DNA of 64,000 nucleotides from IMGVR_UViG_3300018080_008436:186001-250000, one strand, 5' to 3'; positions 47,218 to 54,361 are shown, counted from the first letter of the stretch. Notes: generated from the sequence alone by a model not told the origin. Numbers and translations: made by a program.

Positions 47218-47244
47218 AATAAACCTCCTGAGGTTACAACGATC

Positions 47245-47272
47245 ATTATACCATTTATTATAGGAAAATCAA
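47245..47272 (-). promoter_or_regulatory. promoter of the release-factor gene
   Basis: TTGATT-16 nt-TATAAT. Confidence 0.7.
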
Positions 47273-47273
47273 G

Positions 47274-47675
47274 TTATTCTGTTAGATCTGTTAATTTGAA
47301 CTGAGGGCTGTTTACACTTGCTTGTAAAGGCTCGACTGGAGTTATATTATCTTCTAATTCTTCTTTTGTTGCACCAATTATTTGAAGAACCTCTCCATCA
47401 ATATTGTCTACATCAAACTTTCTATAGCTAATTTTGGTCATTTCATCTCCATCAAAAACAGCGTATGGATAGACAATTTGTGGGTGATCCTCTCCATTTA
47501 GTCTCATATTCATTAATTGAGATTCCAAATCAGGATCATCTAAATGAATTCGAATAAATTCTTTATCTTCTTGAATTCCCCAAGGTGAATCATCAAGTTT
47601 AACTATAATAATATCTCCTTTCTCGTGAACCCCATGTAGACTAAATCCATTATTTACAAGTGCTATTAATGCCAT
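47274..47675 (-). CDS. hypothetical protein, paralog of 22071-22553
   Basis: See the 22071 feature for the shared motif. Confidence 0.75.
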   Translation of the reverse strand: MALIALVNNGFSLHGVHEKGDIIIVKLDDSPWGIQEDKEFIRIHLDDPDLESQLMNMRLNGEDHPQIVYPYAVFDGDEMTKISYRKFDVDNIDGEVLQIIGATKEELEDNITPVEPLQASVNSPQFKLTDLTE

Positions 47676-47685
47676 ATTATTTCTC

Positions 47686-48846
47686 CTATGTGTTTAATTC
47701 AAATGCTCCAATATCTGGAGGATCTTTTCTAGTTGTTCCAAGTATATCTGTCTCTACTCCAGAAATAGCTATCCCAGCCGCATAGATGTCAGCACTAGAA
47801 TTTTTAACACTATGATCAGACCCAACTGTCGTCCATTGATCGGAGCTGGATTTACTTATTAAATTACCACTTCCCAACCAAGAATTCGCTGTGGTATCAG
47901 AAGAACAACAATAGTCAACATTTTCTGTAATAATTCCAAGTGTGTAAAAATCATCCCCACCATTATCCATACTAATGTTGTTCTGGCAATTCCAATCAAC
48001 AGTGACATCATTTAAGGTGCGGATGTAAAAACCTCTTGTTCCATAGTTGTAAATAGAATTATTATATGTATTAAGAGTGTAGTTATATGTGCCATCATTC
48101 TCATAAAGTTGAAATGCTACTGCACCATCTCTTGTTTCACTTCCCGAACAATAGAATGAATTATTGATAATATTAAATACACCATCTACGTTATAGACAT
48201 TAATAAATATACAAAATGCGCTATTAGCTCCCTGTAATTGGAATACGCAGTTCTTAACTGTCAAATGATTCGCATGACCTTCACCTTGAGCAAACAATGT
48301 GGTAGCAAATGTATTTGTCCCGATTACTCTCATTCCATCAATTTCTACATATGGGTCAACAATTGTAAATACACTACCACTTGAAGAACAATACGCCCCA
48401 TTGAGGGCAGTTGTTCCATCATGTTTGTGGCCATCTGCTGGAGCTATTTTTAGATGATTATTCTCATCTTGATTAGTGCCTCCACTAATTACACATGTTC
48501 CTGCGTTAAACCCTGAATCAACTAAGCCGAGAACGACACCTCTGTCCGTAAAGTCTGTATTTCTAGCCGCTTCAAATGCGGCTAATGAAGAATAATCTCC
48601 ATCGATGTTTTTTATTGTATAAACTTCTGGATCTCCAAATGATGAAGTAGAGCTAGATTCCGAATAAGCTTCAGATGATGATGAAGAACTGGATTCTAAT
48701 TTACATTCCAAACAAGAGTCGTAAGTTCCACCTATAACACTTGGGTCTGTATTAAATGGTTGAGTCGTTTCTCCAATAAATTTATAACAAACATCATTTA
48801 TTTTAATAGATGCTCCTTGATAATCATCAAATATTTTATTTGCCAT
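47686..48846 (-). CDS. shared N-module + beta-helix-like domain
   Basis: TIKNIDGDYSSLAAFE...VEIDGMRV...NNSIYN...PPDIGAFE, homologous to the N-terminal domain of the 19464 ORF. Confidence 0.8.
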   Translation of the reverse strand: MANKIFDDYQGASIKINDVCYKFIGETTQPFNTDPSVIGGTYDSCLECKLESSSSSSSEAYSESSSTSSFGDPEVYTIKNIDGDYSSLAAFEAARNTDFTDRGVVLGLVDSGFNAGTCVISGGTNQDENNHLKIAPADGHKHDGTTALNGAYCSSSGSVFTIVDPYVEIDGMRVIGTNTFATTLFAQGEGHANHLTVKNCVFQLQGANSAFCIFINVYNVDGVFNIINNSFYCSGSETRDGAVAFQLYENDGTYNYTLNTYNNSIYNYGTRGFYIRTLNDVTVDWNCQNNISMDNGGDDFYTLGIITENVDYCCSSDTTANSWLGSGNLISKSSSDQWTTVGSDHSVKNSSADIYAAGIAISGVETDILGTTRKDPPDIGAFELNT

Positions 48847-48861
48847 AATTTACTCTTTTCT

Positions 48862-49365
48862 TTATGGATAATTGGTAGGCAATAAATTCCCATAAAAAGT
48901 TACTGTTGGAGCATAAGCAACTTCTACCAAATCACCTACTTCCACATCAAAAGGTACAGATTGAGTTTTTGATCGTACTCCTCCACCTCTATACTCTTCA
49001 ACATTATTGATTTTAATGCTACAAGTGTAACCAAGGTTACCAGTATGCCAAACTCTCAAAACTCCATCTCTTGGGACAGAATCTATTAATGTTGAATATG
49101 TCCCACCAACTCCAGTTTTATAGAAATAATTCTCGCTAAGATAATATGCGACTGCATGTTCTATTGCAGTTAATGTAGTTCTACCTTGACTGTCTGCTGT
49201 TATATATGCAGAATAACCTGATATATTGTCATAGATCACAGAACTTAAACTAGCATCTTTAGGAGTTCCATCTGTTTTAGTTCCAACATACTCAAAAGCT
49301 TTTTGAGTTCCTTGGTCATTTATGACAATAGCAGAGCCAACATAAGAATAATAATGTTTACTCAT
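48862..49365 (-). CDS. hypothetical protein, paralog of 49380-49862
   Basis: Shared R.WHTGN.GYT...VEVAYAPTVTFYG..LP.NYP. Confidence 0.72.
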   Translation of the reverse strand: MSKHYYSYVGSAIVINDQGTQKAFEYVGTKTDGTPKDASLSSVIYDNISGYSAYITADSQGRTTLTAIEHAVAYYLSENYFYKTGVGGTYSTLIDSVPRDGVLRVWHTGNLGYTCSIKINNVEEYRGGGVRSKTQSVPFDVEVGDLVEVAYAPTVTFYGNLLPTNYP

Positions 49366-49379
49366 AATTCACCTCATTG

Positions 49380-49862
49380 TTATGGATAATTAAATGGCAA
49401 TATAACGCCATAAAAAGTTACTGTTGGAGCATAAGCAACTTCTACTGAAGCGCCTTCCGCAACATTAAAGCCTCTCGACAAAGTAAAAGATTTTGCATGT
49501 GATGATGCATATATTTGCGATCCGTTAACAACTACTCGCATTGTATATCCAGCGTTACCAGTATGCCAAATCCTCATAACTCCCTCTGCGGGAGCACTAG
49601 ACCATAAAGTACTTAAACTGCCAGTAACACCACTGACAGAAGCGTAATTGGTAAACGCCAACAAATACTCTGCCCCATCATAGTCTGATTTCCCCTGTGG
49701 ATCTGCATATGTAAATATAGACCCATTAGATGTTCCTGTCACTCCTGATGGGTATGCACTAGGCACTCCTGTTGTTTGACCAATACGTTCAAGGTATACA
49801 ACCTCATCCCCAATATCATACGAGACTCCATCTCCTTGATCTGATGTAAAATAATAACTCAT
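49380..49862 (-). CDS. hypothetical protein, paralog of 48862-49365
   Basis: Same shared C-terminal motif. Confidence 0.72.
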   Translation of the reverse strand: MSYYFTSDQGDGVSYDIGDEVVYLERIGQTTGVPSAYPSGVTGTSNGSIFTYADPQGKSDYDGAEYLLAFTNYASVSGVTGSLSTLWSSAPAEGVMRIWHTGNAGYTMRVVVNGSQIYASSHAKSFTLSRGFNVAEGASVEVAYAPTVTFYGVILPFNYP

Positions 49863-49873
49863 AACTTTACTCC

Positions 49874-50440
49874 TTAAAAAGATCCTTGTTGATATTCATA
49901 AACTGTTGGGGTTACATCAATAGATTTTTGGTTATATTCCCAAACATTTTGTGGGAAGCAAGCCTCTTCACAAACATCAACAACTTGGTCTTCTGAGAAA
50001 TTCTGATAAGCAAGTGGAGCGTCAAGAGTGATGATGTCTTCTGCTCCATAGTTTCTGTAATGACCACTGTAAATCGCATCTATACAAACAGGTCCTTCGT
50101 TAATGACCCCTAAAAATGGGGGTGGTGAGAACTGCAATCCATTTATGTTTTCAAGTACATGTTGAATAGTACCATTAGTACACTCATAAGAACTTGAAGA
50201 CGATTCATTACCAACAGATTCTGAAGATGAACTTTCTGCTCCAATAGATTCAGATGATTCTGACAATGAACTTTCAGATGAAGAACTATCTAAAGCACAT
50301 TCCAAACATGAATCAAAAACTTCTTCGATTTCAATTGGATAAGAATTAATAGGTTTTACGGTTTCACCGATCCATTTATAACAAACACCATTAATCTTAA
50401 TGGATGCTCCTTGATAATCGTCAAATATTTTATTCGCCAT
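49874..50440 (-). CDS. shared N-module protein
   Basis: MANKIFDDYQGASIKINGVCYKWIGET. Confidence 0.78.
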   Translation of the reverse strand: MANKIFDDYQGASIKINGVCYKWIGETVKPINSYPIEIEEVFDSCLECALDSSSSESSLSESSESIGAESSSSESVGNESSSSSYECTNGTIQHVLENINGLQFSPPPFLGVINEGPVCIDAIYSGHYRNYGAEDIITLDAPLAYQNFSEDQVVDVCEEACFPQNVWEYNQKSIDVTPTVYEYQQGSF

Positions 50441-50450
50441 AATTTACTCC

Positions 50451-51869
50451 TTAAACTGCTCCACCATCATAAACTGCTCCCCATTCTGATCCAATTGCAG
50501 TTCTCCCTGCTTCAGCGGCACCTCCCGCAGTGTATTTACTGTTGCCGAACGTTGGGATTCCTGCGGCAGGTTTTAACGATTGACCTCCCCATGAAATCAG
50601 AAGTGCATCATAGTTAGCAGTAGACAGGGCATCGTAAGGAGTGCCACGAGCTATTTCTGCCATGAACTCATGTATTACTGTGACGTTAGAAACATCCCAG
50701 TTGCTGAGGTCTTGGTCAAAATTAGGTTGGAACCTAATGGCTTGTTGAATATCAGTAACGCTTGATGTATCCCACACCCCTATCGGCTGATTGAATACGC
50801 CTCTACTGGCTAAAGTTGCACCTAGCATATTTGCCAGTGTTGTCACGTTACCCATGTTTGTAAAGTTTTGGATCGCGCCATTGAATAAAGGACAAGTATT
50901 AAACATACCTGAGCAGTCAGTGACACTATTCATGTCCCAGTTCCAATTTGCGCTTGCGCCTGTCATTCCAGTACATCCTGCGAACATCCATGAACAATCC
51001 GAACACGCCGACAAATCAGGCACATCAGATGCGGTGATTTCAAGGCCACTACAACTCGAAAATGCGTTAGCCATCTGAGGCCACTGATACGTTCCCCACT
51101 GTCGAATTTCTTTGAGCTTTGATGCATATCCCCATCCTGAAATCCAACCAGAAGAAGAAGAGAAGTCAACAGACATTTCATACTCGGTATCTGCGTCAGG
51201 ATAGATATGTTCGATTATAAATCCACCAGTAACCGTTTGTTGGTTTCCATCACCCCAATCAATATATGTTGTGTTAGGGTTACCTATGTAAATTTGAACT
51301 GTTTTATTCTCTCCTGAATCCCACAATGCTTTAAAAAGATCACCCTCAGGGTAAGAACTGCTTGACGAACTTGAAGTTGAACATGGATCATCACAAACCT
51401 CTACAACTTGTCCAACCGAATACTTACTTGCCGCACCTGGCTCAACTAAAGAAATACCAATCCAAAGACCAACATTTATCTCTCCAATATCATTTCCATT
51501 TACACAAACAAAACCTGAAAAAGTATTTAATGGAGAAGTTGATTCAAAGCCTAATACATTTCCTACAATGGTTAATATTGAAACAGTGGCACAACCTTCT
51601 GAACTTGATGAAGAAACATTTTCTTCACTTTCTGAAGAATTGGAACTAGAAGAACTGCTAACATTACCAATTGATTCAGAAGATGATGATTGAGTACTTT
51701 CTGATGAACTTGATTCAATAGCACATTCGAGACAATTATCAAAAACTTCTTCTATTTCGCTTGGGCTTGAATTAACAGAACTAGTTGTTTCACCGATCCA
51801 TTTATAACAAACCCCACCTATTTTAATTGATGCTCCTTGATAATCGTCAAATATTTTTTCTCTACCCAT
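50451..51869 (-). CDS. shared N-module + BspA/DUF285-type repeat protein
   Basis: WDMNSVTDCSGMF, WDTSSVT, NFDQDLSNWDVSNVT repeats. Confidence 0.85.
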   Translation of the reverse strand: MGREKIFDDYQGASIKIGGVCYKWIGETTSSVNSSPSEIEEVFDNCLECAIESSSSESTQSSSSESIGNVSSSSSSNSSESEENVSSSSSEGCATVSILTIVGNVLGFESTSPLNTFSGFVCVNGNDIGEINVGLWIGISLVEPGAASKYSVGQVVEVCDDPCSTSSSSSSSYPEGDLFKALWDSGENKTVQIYIGNPNTTYIDWGDGNQQTVTGGFIIEHIYPDADTEYEMSVDFSSSSGWISGWGYASKLKEIRQWGTYQWPQMANAFSSCSGLEITASDVPDLSACSDCSWMFAGCTGMTGASANWNWDMNSVTDCSGMFNTCPLFNGAIQNFTNMGNVTTLANMLGATLASRGVFNQPIGVWDTSSVTDIQQAIRFQPNFDQDLSNWDVSNVTVIHEFMAEIARGTPYDALSTANYDALLISWGGQSLKPAAGIPTFGNSKYTAGGAAEAGRTAIGSEWGAVYDGGAV

Positions 51870-51944
51870 AAAAAATCTCTCTAGATAATATTGATAAATA
51901 GTTCAATATATATATCTGAGAAACCTTTGGAAAAATAGAGAGTT

Positions 51945-52026
51945 TGGTATGGGGGGTGGGACTTGAACCCACAGAAATTCACTTGTTTATAAGACAAGCC
52001 GCTTAACCAAATTTGCGTACCCCCAC
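51945..52026 (-). tRNA. tRNA-Ile(TAT)
   Basis: CTTGT-CTTATAA-ACAAG; 9-nt variable region; A73; CCA. Confidence 0.85.
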
Positions 52027-52042
52027 ACAGGTAAGAAGTTTT

Positions 52043-52149
52043 GGGGAGGTGGGGAGGCTCACTGGGGTAAGTGGCTTCTTATTATATTGCCGTCCATTGT
52101 GTCAGCCCGTTCTCCTTCTAACGGGTGTTTCCGATGACATGGCATCCCC
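52043..52149 (-). ncRNA. unidentified structured RNA between tRNA-Val and tRNA-Ile
   Basis: Closing GGGGA/TCCCC helix; nested CCAT-TGTCA..TGACA-ATGG and CCCGTT/AACGGG stems; second hairpin GAAGCCACT/AGTGAGCCTC. GC-rich within an AT-rich context. Confidence 0.5.
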
Positions 52150-52151
52150 TT

Positions 52152-52228
52152 TGGTGGGCAGTACAGGACTCGAACCTGTCACGACCTCGGTGTAAACGAG
52201 GCATTCTAGCCAAATGAATTAACTGCCC
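52152..52228 (-). tRNA. tRNA-Val(TAC)
   Basis: CCTCG-TTTACAC-CGAGG; CCA. Confidence 0.93.
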
Positions 52229-52259
52229 AGTAAAATCATATTCGAAATACTTCTTTCAT

Positions 52260-52287
52260 ATTATAACCTAAATTTCCTTTAGTTCAA
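52260..52287 (-). promoter_or_regulatory. internal promoter upstream of tRNA-Val/ncRNA/tRNA-Ile
   Basis: TTGAAC-16 nt-TATAAT. Confidence 0.65.
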
Positions 52288-52292
52288 CAAAC

Positions 52293-52373
52293 AAGCTGAT
52301 TTATTTTTTGAAGGGTTTGAACCTTCTAGATGGTGTAAGCATCGTTAACCTGTTTTTTGCTGTAATCAGCCTT
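52293..52373 (-). ncRNA. small RNA with end-pairing stem, ACAGCAA motif and a T-arm
   Basis: AGGCTGATT/AATCAGCTT stem; internal GAAGG-TTCAAAC-CCTTC. Confidence 0.55.
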
Positions 52374-52379
52374 TATTTT

Positions 52380-52456
52380 TGGTGGACCTACACGGATTCG
52401 AACCGAGATTTCCTCCCTGCCAGAGAGGTGTGTTAGCCATTAGTCACTATAAGCCC
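52380..52456 (-). tRNA. tRNA-Ala(GGC)
   Basis: CCTCT-CTGGCAG-GGAGG; G3.U70; CCA. Confidence 0.88.
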
Positions 52457-52490
52457 TTTTTGTTTCATAACTCGTTGATAATTAACGACT

Positions 52491-52569
52491 TGGTGGAGAC
52501 GGTCGGAATCGAACCGACCACATGCTGGTTGCAAACCAGTATCGCCAAAGCCTTGGTACATGCGCCCCC
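52491..52569 (-). tRNA. tRNA-Ala(TGC), atypical D arm
   Basis: CTGG-TTTGCAA-CCAG; G3.U70; CCA. Confidence 0.82.
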
Positions 52570-52574
52570 AAGTT

Positions 52575-52820
52575 TTAAACGCCTAATTCGTTATCCTCAA
52601 AAAACACAACATCCGAAATCGGTTCTAGTCTTTCGTATGTCTCATTCCATATTTCAATTTCTTCATCCGTCAATGCAACCTTGTCATTTTTACAGTTCCA
52701 TCGATCTTTGTCTGGACACCAACAACTGCCTTCTGCATGTATCCATTGTGCCATGCATTTCTCAAACATTTTCTTGTAATCTACGTTGTCTTCCATCGTC
52801 TGTCTCCAGTATCTGGTCAT
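52575..52820 (-). CDS. hypothetical protein within the tRNA cluster
   Basis: 81 aa; may start at MEDNVDY. Confidence 0.5.
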   Translation of the reverse strand: MTRYWRQTMEDNVDYKKMFEKCMAQWIHAEGSCWCPDKDRWNCKNDKVALTDEEIEIWNETYERLEPISDVVFFEDNELGV

Positions 52821-52861
52821 TTATACGGACATCATGGCCACATAAATGGCCACATAAGTCT

Positions 52862-52938
52862 TGGTGGAGCATAAGAGACTCGAACTCTTGACATCCTGCT
52901 TGCAAAGCAGGTGCTCTAGCCATCTGAGCTAATGCCCC
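52862..52938 (-). tRNA. tRNA-Ala(TGC)
   Basis: Canonical GGGGCATTAGCTCAG...CCTGC-TTTGCAA-GCAGG; G3.U70; CCA. Confidence 0.95.
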
Positions 52939-52999
52939 AAAATACGGGATACCTAAGCATTGCCCGTTTTTGAATGGATGTCGAAACATTGCCATTCTT

Positions 53000-53092
53000 T
53001 GGTGGAGAAGATTGGAGTCGAACCAATTAAAATTGTTTGCCGAAGAGAGCCTTATAACAAGCTCAGTTTGCCCTCCGCAGGGCATCTTCTCC
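53000..53092 (-). ncRNA. tRNA-like RNA lacking a canonical anticodon arm
   Basis: GGAGAAG/CTTCTCC acceptor, GCCCT-GCGG-AGGGC arm, ATTGG-TTCGACT-CCAAT T arm, ACCA; the centre is the hairpin+TCTTCGGCAA element. Confidence 0.65.
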
Positions 53093-53129
53093 AGTTGTTT
53101 TAGAACTCTGTTCGTTAAAACATCGTTCT

Positions 53130-53206
53130 TGGTAGTTGGGACAGGACTCGAACCTGCATCCTCCGATATGTAAAAACGGTGCTCCGCGCAATTAAGCTAC
53201 CCAACC
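53130..53206 (-). tRNA. tRNA-Val(TAC)
   Basis: Loop TTTACAT, one stem mismatch; CCA. Confidence 0.8.
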
Positions 53207-53232
53207 AACAATAATAAATTGTAAAAGATCAC

Positions 53233-53263
53233 AAAAAAAGCCCTGTCATTTCTGACAGGGCTT
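53233..53263 (-). terminator. attenuator terminator C
   Basis: AAGCCCTGTCA-GAAA-TGACAGGGCTT-TTTTT. Confidence 0.92.
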
Positions 53264-53285
53264 AAACCGACTTCTGGAAACTACA

Positions 53286-53372
53286 TCATCCAGAAAGAGC
53301 AGAAAAGCCCTGCCCGTCTGCGACTACCGCGACGGCTACTACTGCTATGGCTATTTCTACTCTCTTTTTCAT
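53286..53372 (-). CDS. putative attenuator leader peptide MKKRVEIAIAVVAVAVVADGQGFSALSG
   Basis: GGAG SD 9 nt upstream; 13 of codons 5-18 are Val/Ala/Ile; both Ile codons are ATA. Confidence 0.88.
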   Translation of the reverse strand: MKKRVEIAIAVVAVAVVADGQGFSALSG

Positions 53373-53400
53373 AAAACATATCTCCAGTTACGTTGCCCCT

Positions 53401-53428
53401 ATTATAAGGCATCTATTTGGCTTTTCAA
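53401..53428 (-). promoter_or_regulatory. promoter of the Val/Ala/Ile tRNA operon
   Basis: TTGAAA-AGCCAAATAGATGCCT-TATAAT. Confidence 0.85.
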
Positions 53429-53453
53429 GCTCGAATCGAAAATAAATTCGTCT

Positions 53454-54014
53454 TTATTGAAGAAAAATCAAAAAAAACTCTCTGTGCCTGTTGCAAGCAG
53501 ATGAAGCGAACTCTTTTATGTTCTCCATATCTTCATTTGAAAGGTGCGAAGCACAATCAACAAAGACATATGTTGGCTCCAAACCCAGACCCCAACAGGA
53601 CCGAGAAGATAAGAGAAAGTGGATATTGAAGCCATCTGCTTCAGTCATTTGAGGCCACTCAATGTGGTCAATACTATGGTCTCTTAATGTAGCATTGCAC
53701 ATGTTCCTATGAAATTCAAGTTGTCGTGCGTTATGCGAGAACACAGCAGAATCTACTCTATTTCTAGCAATAAACTCCATAAGTGCAGTTGAATGACCAC
53801 TTCTTCTTGTTGCCCTAGCATGTACTGTACACCATGAATCAATCCAATTGGGATAAGAACTACCACTATCCCAAAATCGCGCTTGGTTTTGACATGTTCT
53901 TGAAATGGAAACAAGGGTCTCCAAAGCCCCCAATACCGTATCCTCACAATTTGAGACGATATTAACGGCTCTGGTTTGCATAGAGTCTAGCTTTACGACT
54001 CCGCAATTAGACAT
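53454..54014 (-). CDS. hypothetical protein with P-loop-like motif
   Basis: TRRSGHSTAL and YVFVDCAS are weakly Walker A/B-like. Confidence 0.5.
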   Translation of the reverse strand: MSNCGVVKLDSMQTRAVNIVSNCEDTVLGALETLVSISRTCQNQARFWDSGSSYPNWIDSWCTVHARATRRSGHSTALMEFIARNRVDSAVFSHNARQLEFHRNMCNATLRDHSIDHIEWPQMTEADGFNIHFLLSSRSCWGLGLEPTYVFVDCASHLSNEDMENIKEFASSACNRHREFFLIFLQ

Positions 54015-54346
54015 TATTCTTCTGCTTCTTCTGGACCTTGTTCGTCGCCATCAGCTTCATCAGGATCATCCACCTCAGGCTCAATAATGCGCATCTGAGG
54101 CATTACGGTAGAATTCATCTTTCTTCTGTTCTGAGCTTCTCTTCTTTCATCATTGATGACTTCAAAATAGTATTGAAGAGTGCCCATCAAATAACGGTAT
54201 GAACCAGTCCACTCATGGAACTCATTGTAATTACCTTCATCAGAAACGTTATTCCCCATAATGAAGAACTCTCTTACGTTTTTGATTTCGACTTCCGAAG
54301 ATCTCTGTTTTTCCTGTTCAGTTTCTGGGATCAGTTTGATAATCAT
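54014..54346 (-). CDS. hypothetical protein
   Basis: 110 aa with acidic tail. Confidence 0.65.
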   Translation of the reverse strand: MIIKLIPETEQEKQRSSEVEIKNVREFFIMGNNVSDEGNYNEFHEWTGSYRYLMGTLQYYFEVINDERREAQNRRKMNSTVMPQMRIIEPEVDDPDEADGDEQGPEEAEE

Positions 54347-54361
54347 GCTTTTCTCCTGTGA

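Noticed and set aside
52043-52149. HDV-like (theta) ribozyme after tRNA-Val
   Set aside because: The position fits, but I could not build the P1/P2/P3/P1.1 double pseudoknot. Kept as an unassigned RNA.
53000-53092. tRNA-Sec
   Set aside because: No UCA anticodon, no extended acceptor stem and no paired long V-arm.
52013-53173. ORFs overlapping the Val/Ala/Ile cluster (52013, 52379, 52762, 52970) and 37398-37646
   Set aside because: They are antisense or overlapping readings of tRNA genes.
53281-53379. Alternative leader frame MFYEKESRNSHSSSSRRGSRRR
   Set aside because: Its ATG is only 2 nt from the SD, and its Ser/Arg content does not match the downstream tRNAs. The second ATG has 9-nt spacing and matches.
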